64,000 nt of DNA. Origin: Chthoniobacterales bacterium (GTDB lineage Bacteria; Verrucomicrobiota; Verrucomicrobiia; Chthoniobacterales; DASVRZ01). This document shows, in pieces, positions 57,601 to 64,000 of this stretch. The first letter of the stretch is position 1; each line of letters begins with the position of its first letter. Made by a program: the position numbers and the translations under genes. Where the stretch lies: NCBI GenBank assembly GCA_038230215.1, contig JBBRNR010000002.1:324788-388787 (forward strand). Direction: 5' to 3'. The notes beneath the pieces were generated by a model. It searched no databases and was not told the DNA's origin. It was given only the letters and a program-made list of their open reading frames with translations.

Positions 57601-60600
57601 CCGTGGGTGGCGGCGGCGGCAACGGCGGCTTTAATGTTTCAGCCGGCGCAGCGGGAGCTGGAGGCGGCGCAGGCGCAGTGTCTGTCGGCTTGGGTGGAAG
57701 CGGCGCAACTGGCGGTATTGGCGGCACTGTCATTGCGAAATCCACCGGCATCATTTCAACAACGAACGACCGTTCCTCCGGCATCGTCGTGCAATCCATC
57801 GGCGGCGGCGGCGGCAACGGCGGATTCAATATTTCTGCTGGCGCGGCCGGCGCAGGAGTTGCCAGCGGCGGCGTTTCCGTCGGACTCGGTGGCAAAGCAG
57901 GGGCCGGAAATAACGCGGGTGATGTCACTGCCACAACCTCCGGCAAAGTCACAACTCAGGGGACCGATTCCGCCGGTATTGTCGCGCAATCCATTGGCGG
58001 CGGCGGCGGCAACGGCGGGTTCAATGTTTCCGGCGTGGGCAGTGGCGCAGGCGTGGGCAGCGCAGCCATCTCCGTCGGCCTCGGCGGCAACGGTGGCGCT
58101 GGAGGAAATGGGAAAAATGTCACGCTGACCGTCACCAACGATGTTACCACGTCCGGGGTCCGCTCCGGTGCGGTTGCAGCGCAGAGCATCGGCGGTGGTG
58201 GTGGTAATGGTGGCTTTAACATTTCCGGTGCCGGTTCAGGCGCAGGTGTGGGCAGCGGCTCGATCAGCGTTGGTTTGGGCGGAAACGGCGCAGGTGCTGG
58301 TGACGGCGGCCTCGTTAACGCGACGGCGACTGGCGATTACATCACTGGGGCCGACTTTTCGTATGGCATTCTCGCGCAATCAGTTGGCGGCGGTGGCGGC
58401 AATGGTGGATTTAATATCTCGGGCGGACTTTCCGGCGGAGGAGTTGGCAGCGGCGGCATCGCCGTGGGCTTGGGCGGTTCCGGCGGCATGGCTGGAAATG
58501 GCGGGAGATCGGACACGGATCGCGCCGTGACGCTCTTTGCCAACGGATCCGTTTTTACTGACGGAATTTCCTCCGCTGGCATCATCGCGCAATCCATCGG
58601 TGGTGGCGGCGGCAACGGCGGTTACAACATCTCGGCCACCCTCTCGGGAGCGGGCGGCGGCAGCGGTGCCGTTTCCGTCGGACTCGGCGGTAGCGGCGGA
58701 AGCGGCGGCAGTGGCAAAGGCGTCTTCGCCCAAATGACATCCGACGTCGCCACGCTAAAAAATGATTCGGGCGGCATCTTGGTCCAGTCTGTCGGCGGCG
58801 GCGGCGGCAATGGTGGTTTCAACATCTCGGGCAGTCTTTCCGGTGCTGGCACAGGCAGCGGCGGCATATCCGTCGGACTCGGCGGCAACGGCGGTTCGGG
58901 TGGACGCGCGGGCGACATAGACTCTTCCTCGACTGGACAAATCATCACTTTGGGTGATCGCTCCGCCGGGTTCGTTAGCCAGTCGATTGGCGGCGGCGGC
59001 GGCAGTGGCGGTTTCAATATTTCCGGCAGCCTTTCCGGCGCTGGCACGGGCAGCGGTTCCATCAGCGTGGGGCTCGGAGGTGATGGAGGCGTCGGCAATA
59101 TCGCGGGCAACGTCACGGCTCTTTCCACCGGCCAAGTCTGGACATTCGGCCTCGACTCGACCGGCATTCTGGCCCAATCCGTGGGCGGCGGCGGCGGCAA
59201 TGGCGGTTACAATATTTCCGCAGGAGCCTCCGCAGCCGGTACGGGCAGCGGCTCGGTCAACGTTGGTTTAGGCGGTAAAGGTGGTGCCGCAGCCAATGCG
59301 GGAACGGTCAAACTCACGGTGCAGAACACAGTTTACACCGATAAAAATCGATCCTATGCAGTCATCGGTCAGTCCATCGGCGGCGGTGGTGGTAATGGGG
59401 GATTCAATATTTCGGCCTCCGCCACAGGTGCCGGGGCAGGCAGTGGCGCGGTCAGCGTGGGCTTGGGCGGCAATGGCGCGGGCGGCGGCAATGGCGGCGC
59501 GGTCACCGTGACGACCTCGGACTTTATTCAGACCAAAGGAAACCAATCGGGCGGCATTCTCGCGCAGTCGGTGGGCGGTGGCGGCGGCAATGGCGGATAT
59601 AATGTTTCAGCAGCCGGATCAGGCGCAGGCACCGGCAGCGCTGCGGTTTCAGTCGGTCTGGGCGGTTCCGGCGCAGGCGGCGGAGACGGTTCGACCGTGG
59701 ATCTCACGGTGACGAACTCCGTGCTGACGGCGGGCAATACCTCCCCGGGCATCGTTGCCCAGTCGGTCGGCGGTGGCGGCGGGAACGGCGGATTTGACGT
59801 CAGTGCTTCCGGCTCGGGAGCTGGCACCGGCAGCGGTGCGGTCAGCGTGAGCCTCGGTGGTAGCGCCGGAACGGGCGGAAACGCGGAACGTGTGACTTCC
59901 AGTGTAACCGGAAACATAACAACTTCTGGCGATAACTCGGGAGGTCTGCTGGCGCAATCGGTCGGCGGCGGTGGCGGTAACGGCGGGTTCAGTGTGAGCG
60001 CGGCAATTTCCGGAGCGGGCACCGCGAGCGGCGCGGTCGCAGTCGGCCTTGGCGGTAGCGGCGGTTCGGGCGGACACTCTGGAGACGTCACCTCCACTCT
60101 CACAGGAGACGTTTCCACAGGTGGAAAAGACGCTTCGGGCATCATCGCGCAATCGCTTGGCGGTGGCGGTGGCAATGGCGGCATCGCTGTTTCTGGCTCG
60201 ATTTCCGCAGCTCAGACTGCGAGCGGAGCGGTCTCTGTTAGCATTGGCGGAACGGGCGGCGGCGGCGGCTACGCGGGAACGGTCAAGAACACCGTCACCG
60301 GAAACGTCACTGCCATCGAAGAAAACTCCGGCGGCATCCTGGCGCAATCTCTCGGCGGTGGTGGCGGCAACGGCGGCATCTCCGTCAGCGGTTCCCTTTC
60401 ACTCGCCAACACCGCCAGTGGTGCAGTTTCCGTTGGCGTTGGTGGTGCGGGTGGCGGCGGTGGAGCGGCGGGCGAAGTTACTAATAAAGTAACCGGGATC
60501 ACGATGACCGAGGGCAACAACGGCTTCGGCATTGCCGCGCAGTCCATCGGCGGTGGTGGCGGCAACGGCGGACTCAATGTCAGCGGCGCACTCTCGCTCG

Positions 60601-63600
60601 CAAAAACGGCGTCCGGCGCCATCGCCGTGGGCATCGGTGGAGTAGGCGGCGACGGCGGCGATGCTGCCAACGTCACCAACACGGTCTCCGGCTACGTGCA
60701 GACTTTGGGCGACAACGCGACGGGCATTCTCGCGCAATCAGCCGGTGGTGGTGGCGGCAATGGTGGCATTAACATCAGTAGCACCTTAACTGCAGCTCAG
60801 ACTGGCAGCGGCGGCGTCGCTGTCGGCGTCGGTGGATTTGGAGGATCCGGCGGTGTTGGCAAAAACGTCATCAACAACGTCACCGGCGGCACAGTTACCA
60901 CAGGCTCACATTCCGACGGGATCGTCGCCCAAAGTTTGGGCGGCGGCGGTGGCAATGGTGCCATCAACGTCACTGCAGCAGTCAATCTTTCCAAGGAAAA
61001 CGGCGGTGCGCTAGGCGTTGGAATCGGCGGTTTCGGCGGCGACGGCGGCAACTCCGGCGATGTCACTAGCACGATTGCCACGACAGTCGCTCACAACACA
61101 ATCGCAACCCTTGGCGACAACTCTTCCGCCATCATCGCCCAGTCGCTGGCGGGCGGCGGCGGCAACGGCGGCGTCAACGTCACCGGCGTAGTCAATCTAA
61201 CGGGCAAGAACGGTGCAGCCATTGGAGTCGGAGTCGGCGGTTTCGGCGGCGGCGCTGGAAATGCCGGCAACGTCGTTCTCGGTGTCACCGGCCCCGTTTC
61301 GACTCAGGGAAATGATTCCCACGGACTTCTCGCTCAATCGATCGGCGGTGGTGGCGGCAACGGTGGCACCAACGTCACCGGCGCGCTGGCCATGACCAGT
61401 TCCAGTGGCGGTTCGTCCAAAGCCGTGGCGGCTTCCATTGGTATCGGCGGTTTTGGCGGCGACGGCGGCACGGCCGGCAATGTCGATGTGACTTACACCG
61501 GAACGATCGTGGCCCAGCCGCGTGTGCTGGTTCCCGACTTCACCGATCCCATCACGAATGTCTTTACTCCAGCTCATCTGGAGTTGAAGGAAGGAACCGG
61601 ATCGCACGGCATCGCGGCCCAGTCGATTGGCGGCGGTGGCGGCAACGGCGCAGTCAATGTCAGCGCGGGTATTTCCTATGCCCGGGGCGATGGCGACGGC
61701 TACGGTATCGTCGTTGGCGTCGGCGGCTTTGGCGGAAAAGGCGGCAACGCCGGTAACGTAGGTGTGATCGTTAATGGCAACGAAAGCATCTCTTCGTATG
61801 GAGCGGCGCATTCGGGCATTCTCGCCCAGAGCGTGGGCGGCGGCGGCGGTAACGGCGGCACCAATGTCAGCGGTGGAATCGTTTCCGACTCGCCTCTAAT
61901 TGTCGGCGTCGGCGGTTTCGGTGCGGATGCTGGCACGGCCGGAAACGTGAATGTCACTGCGTCAACGAACGTTTTTGCTTCGGCAGCAGATTCAAAAGAT
62001 TTCAGCTCGGCCGGTATTCTCGCCCAGAGCCTCGGCGGCGGTGGCGGTAATGGCGGGTTGAACGTCAGTGGTGGCGTCTCGCTTAACAAAGCGGCCAACG
62101 TTCCATCGATCACCGTTGGCGTAGGCGGCTTCGGCGGCGCTGGCTCGACGAGCGGCAACGTCACCGTTAATCAAACCGGTAATGCGGTGACCTCCGGCAA
62201 CTGGATTCACGGTGTCATGGCCCAATCGATTGCGGGAGGTGGCGGCAACGGCGGACTCAATGTCAGCGGAGAAATTAACTTCGCAGATTCGGAAAACTCC
62301 GGTGGTAAAAAAGACCTCACCATTGTCGCAGGTATCGGCGGAAATGGCGGAACAGGCGCGAATGCCGGAAATGTCTCCCTTACCCAAAACGGCATCGTCT
62401 CCACCAAGGGCGACAATGCCCGGGGTGTTGCGGCGCAATCCATCGGCGGCGGCGGCGGCACCGGCGGCATGAATGTTACTGGCATTCTGGCCAAGAAAAG
62501 TTCACCGGTTAGCGTCGGTGTCGGCGGCTCTGGTTCGGGCGGCGGCAATGCGGGCTCGGCCTCGGTTTTCCGGGGCTTGTCAGGAAGTCCGACCAGCATC
62601 GTCAGCACGGATGGAAAAGGCGCGTATGGTATTGAAGCCACGAGCATCGGCGGCGGCGGCGGTGACGCGGGCATGAATGTGATCGCAGCGGTCAGTAAGG
62701 CAGGCGATGACGATACAGCAGCCGGTTTCGAGGCGCAGATTGCCATCGGCGGCGCTGGCGGCGAGGCCGGCAACGGCGGTGCTGCGCGTGTGGAAAACTA
62801 CAGCGTGATCACCACTGCCCAAGACAATAGTCACGGCATTATTTCTCAGTCCATTGGCGGTGGTGGCGGCAACGCCAACGTCAATTTCGCCACGACTTAC
62901 GAGGATAAAAACGACAAGAACATGGGCTTCAACCTCGCGATTGGCGGGGCGCCAGGCGACGGCGGCAGCGGCTCGACTTCCGATGTTATCCAAGTCGGGG
63001 ATATTGAAACTCAGGGTTCCAATTCTTATGGCATCCTTTCGCAATCGATCGGCGGTGGCGGCGGCAATGCCACTCTGAACTCGATCTCGTCGAAAAACGA
63101 CGGCGGCAAACTCACTATTTCCCTCGGTCGCATGGGCGGCATGGGTGGCACTGGCGCGGATGTTTCGCTCTCTTCCGATGGTAACGTAATCACGCACGGC
63201 GACAGCTCGTTTGGCATGCTCGCCCAATCCGTCGGCAACGGCGGCGGAAACAGTTCGACCATCTCCATCACAGCAGATGCGCCAAAGAAAGAAGATGACA
63301 AACCAGCCCAATCCTTCGCTCTTTCCGTGGGTCTCGAAGGTGGCTCTGGTGGCAGTGCGGGTATGGTCAATCTGATAGCCAAGGGCACCGTGACCACAGA
63401 CGGCCACGGCGCCCACGCGATCTTCGCCCAGAGCGTCGGCGGCGGTGGCGGCAACGGCGGTTCGGCCGATACTTTTGGAACGACCAAGGCTCCGACAGCA
63501 GCCCTTTCGCTCGGCGGAAAAGGCGGCAGCGGTGGCGTTAGCGGAAATGTTTCTGTAACAAATTCCGCAATCGTCCACACCAAAGGTGAAGGCGCTCTAG

Positions 63601-64000
63601 GCATCATCGCGCAGTCCATCGGCGGCGGCGGCGGAACTGGCGGCATGGCACGCACCGGTGGCGCTAAAGCCTTGTCGGATGGCGCGACTGTCAGCGTCGG
63701 AGGCAACGGCGGAACCGGCATGAAGAGCGGTAACGTCGATGTCGCCAACAGTGGGATTATCGTGACGGACGGGCTGAGTTCTCATGGCGTCCTCGCACAA
63801 TCGATCGCCGGTGGCGGCGGTAATGCGGGCATGACGTTGAATTCCATTTTGTCGGACACCAAAGATGCCGCCAAGCGACTCGCGGTCTCCGTGGGCGGCA
63901 GCGGCGGCGACGGTGCCGTCTCGGGAACCGTCAACGTGGTGAATACCGGCGGGATCGGCACAAACTCGGCAAATGCGGTGGGCATCTTTGCGCAATCCAT
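54636..64000 (+). CDS. Giant secreted Gly-rich tandem-repeat protein (autotransporter-passenger/adhesin-like), 3' end outside window
   Basis: ATG at 54636 and a signal-like N-terminus MNTVPRSFTVAGFRTQSFLSPTLALLCTGLSAFA. Hand translation of 54636-56830 plus spot checks at 57000, 60000, 63000 and 63981 keep one frame with no stop. It is not in the ORF track, presumably because it has no stop in the window. At least 3,121 codons. Confidence 0.85.
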   Translation, partial: MNTVPRSFTVAGFRTQSFLSPTLALLCTGLSAFAANPDPSSTSTVGQAVHNPVTNTDTTVQELLVDPAGTPTAGNTAFVRTADGYAFLVKNVGEKIYNSDTPPIGFTVTAKNTGTKVATLDPDPVGGPTADFTYQEPYVDLQSQFNSTPAPSAPGSSDVVSGATGVRNVQTGAGGSNGRPGALVVPPTSGGNGAAGPAATVNNATTISTTNQIGIEAGSIGGNGGKGGNSYFSVFSGRDGGNGGAGGPVDVTNQTGVQVATTGDDAIGIYAYSRSGTAGNGGSGFAAPGGGTGGHSADGGSVNVNNLGNIITTGTSAYGIYGLSVSNNGGNGGSQWGLVGESGSGGFGGSGGSVTLTNGTTGTISTIGNFAHGIYAQSIGGSGGSSGTSGNLILSLQGSSDNGGNGGAVSVTNNGIIDTGGDDARGIFAQSIGGGGGSGGSSGGLIALGGSGSNGGSAGTVNVINSATGAIKTKGTRSDAIFAQSVGGSGGSGSDAGGLVAIGGSGSKAGDGRDVSVENYGSLSTEKDTARGIVAQSIGGGGGDGGSSGGMVSVGGSGDGGGTSGIVTVKNGGDIKTLGNEARGILAQSVGGGGGNGGSSGSIGLFAGVAIGGKGGAGGAGGNVALTLQGIDSNTASVIHTEGDRAGGLLGQSVGGGGGNGGGAVQVSVGFGGAASFAIGGQGGNGGQGGVVSLGNGGGLSIIETGGSDSTAAFLQSVGGGGGNGGYAVAVAVSGGPVSGSLSLAIGGKGAMGGIGGNINAGTFNGDGTLAGTGFDGSILTTGDRSAGFIAQSVGGGGGNGGLAVSGAGGGSLFFSGSIAIGLGGAGAGGGQGGDVLLGINGNIETQKASSTALLAQSVGGGGGNGGGSVAGSIAASAGGAASVSVGIGGNAGTGSKGGTVRLGTQSGTIKTGGQSSAGIVAQSVGGGGGNGGFNVSAGGSGAGGLAAAINVGLGGNGGGGGDGGLVTADLHSNVTTTGENSGAVLVQSVGGGGGNGGFNVSAGAAGAGGGAGAVSVGLGGSGATGGIGGTVIAKSTGIISTTNDRSSGIVVQSIGGGGGNGGFNISAGAAGAGVASGGVSVGLGGKAGAGNNAGDVTATTSGKVTTQGTDSAGIVAQSIGGGGGNGGFNVSGVGSGAGVGSAAISVGLGGNGGAGGNGKNVTLTVTNDVTTSGVRSGAVAAQSIGGGGGNGGFNISGAGSGAGVGSGSISVGLGGNGAGAGDGGLVNATATGDYITGADFSYGILAQSVGGGGGNGGFNISGGLSGGGVGSGGIAVGLGGSGGMAGNGGRSDTDRAVTLFANGSVFTDGISSAGIIAQSIGGGGGNGGYNISATLSGAGGGSGAVSVGLGGSGGSGGSGKGVFAQMTSDVATLKNDSGGILVQSVGGGGGNGGFNISGSLSGAGTGSGGISVGLGGNGGSGGRAGDIDSSSTGQIITLGDRSAGFVSQSIGGGGGSGGFNISGSLSGAGTGSGSISVGLGGDGGVGNIAGNVTALSTGQVWTFGLDSTGILAQSVGGGGGNGGYNISAGASAAGTGSGSVNVGLGGKGGAAANAGTVKLTVQNTVYTDKNRSYAVIGQSIGGGGGNGGFNISASATGAGAGSGAVSVGLGGNGAGGGNGGAVTVTTSDFIQTKGNQSGGILAQSVGGGGGNGGYNVSAAGSGAGTGSAAVSVGLGGSGAGGGDGSTVDLTVTNSVLTAGNTSPGIVAQSVGGGGGNGGFDVSASGSGAGTGSGAVSVSLGGSAGTGGNAERVTSSVTGNITTSGDNSGGLLAQSVGGGGGNGGFSVSAAISGAGTASGAVAVGLGGSGGSGGHSGDVTSTLTGDVSTGGKDASGIIAQSLGGGGGNGGIAVSGSISAAQTASGAVSVSIGGTGGGGGYAGTVKNTVTGNVTAIEENSGGILAQSLGGGGGNGGISVSGSLSLANTASGAVSVGVGGAGGGGGAAGEVTNKVTGITMTEGNNGFGIAAQSIGGGGGNGGLNVSGALSLAKTASGAIAVGIGGVGGDGGDAANVTNTVSGYVQTLGDNATGILAQSAGGGGGNGGINISSTLTAAQTGSGGVAVGVGGFGGSGGVGKNVINNVTGGTVTTGSHSDGIVAQSLGGGGGNGAINVTAAVNLSKENGGALGVGIGGFGGDGGNSGDVTSTIATTVAHNTIATLGDNSSAIIAQSLAGGGGNGGVNVTGVVNLTGKNGAAIGVGVGGFGGGAGNAGNVVLGVTGPVSTQGNDSHGLLAQSIGGGGGNGGTNVTGALAMTSSSGGSSKAVAASIGIGGFGGDGGTAGNVDVTYTGTIVAQPRVLVPDFTDPITNVFTPAHLELKEGTGSHGIAAQSIGGGGGNGAVNVSAGISYARGDGDGYGIVVGVGGFGGKGGNAGNVGVIVNGNESISSYGAAHSGILAQSVGGGGGNGGTNVSGGIVSDSPLIVGVGGFGADAGTAGNVNVTASTNVFASAADSKDFSSAGILAQSLGGGGGNGGLNVSGGVSLNKAANVPSITVGVGGFGGAGSTSGNVTVNQTGNAVTSGNWIHGVMAQSIAGGGGNGGLNVSGEINFADSENSGGKKDLTIVAGIGGNGGTGANAGNVSLTQNGIVSTKGDNARGVAAQSIGGGGGTGGMNVTGILAKKSSPVSVGVGGSGSGGGNAGSASVFRGLSGSPTSIVSTDGKGAYGIEATSIGGGGGDAGMNVIAAVSKAGDDDTAAGFEAQIAIGGAGGEAGNGGAARVENYSVITTAQDNSHGIISQSIGGGGGNANVNFATTYEDKNDKNMGFNLAIGGAPGDGGSGSTSDVIQVGDIETQGSNSYGILSQSIGGGGGNATLNSISSKNDGGKLTISLGRMGGMGGTGADVSLSSDGNVITHGDSSFGMLAQSVGNGGGNSSTISITADAPKKEDDKPAQSFALSVGLEGGSGGSAGMVNLIAKGTVTTDGHGAHAIFAQSVGGGGGNGGSADTFGTTKAPTAALSLGGKGGSGGVSGNVSVTNSAIVHTKGEGALGIIAQSIGGGGGTGGMARTGGAKALSDGATVSVGGNGGTGMKSGNVDVANSGIIVTDGLSSHGVLAQSIAGGGGNAGMTLNSILSDTKDAAKRLAVSVGGSGGDGAVSGTVNVVNTGGIGTNSANAVGIFAQS
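55750..64000 (+). repeat. Coding tandem array of about 40 modules, mostly 195 nt (65 aa)
   Basis: The recurrent core G(I/L)xAQS(I/V)GGGGGNGG has its Ala/Val codon at 57399, 57594, 57789, 57984, 58179 and 58374 (exact 195-nt steps). Other steps are 198-213 nt. Confidence 0.85.

Noticed and set aside
55757-64000. Many long minus-strand ORFs rich in LPPPPPTDC / PPxP repeats (e.g. 56630..57952, 58622..59200, 59528..60184, 63026..63748) and Arg/Ala-rich + strand ORFs in another frame
   Set aside because: They are mirror or shifted readings of the GGC/GGT-rich coding repeats of the giant + strand gene. They are fragmented by stops, whereas the + strand frame from 54636 is uninterrupted and has a signal peptide.

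Overview
64-kb chromosomal segment from a moderately GC-rich bacterium. The prepilin genes, GT-C glycosyltransferases and giant Gly-rich protein look Verrucomicrobiota-like, but that is inference only. 0-40 kb is mostly housekeeping: gpx, class II fba, trxB, nadE, ispA, tkt, a fused homocysteine-methyltransferase/MetF, queE-queD, tig-clpP-clpX, proC, moeB and ppk2. This part also holds a pilMNOP-like operon, an NtrC-type sigma-54 activator with a sensor-less histidine kinase, and an orphan EncFtn-like ferritin. 40.5-52.8 kb is a visibly AT-richer envelope island. It carries six GT-C-fold membrane glycosyltransferase-like genes: two tandem TMTC-like paralogs, a DUF2079-like gene and two PMT/ArnT-like genes, plus a frameshifted remnant of a third TMTC-like paralog. 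It also carries a GT2-methyltransferase fusion and two prepilin-type genes, each with a near-consensus sigma-54 -24/-12 promoter and an intrinsic terminator. After tRNA-His (54272-54345) a single ORF runs from 54636 to the window end (>3,100 codons). It is absent from the supplied ORF track, presumably because it has no stop in the window. It encodes a signal-peptide-bearing giant protein built from about 40 tandem ~65-aa Gly-rich modules. Non-coding oddities are a ~1-kb ORF-poor region (960-1928) with a long hairpin, a 260-bp foldback and ten 21-bp direct repeats, and a 42-bp x5 hairpin array at 23.9-24.2 kb. I saw no CRISPR array, transposase, integrase or rRNA. All calls rest on reading the sequence and recalling family motifs; no database search was run.
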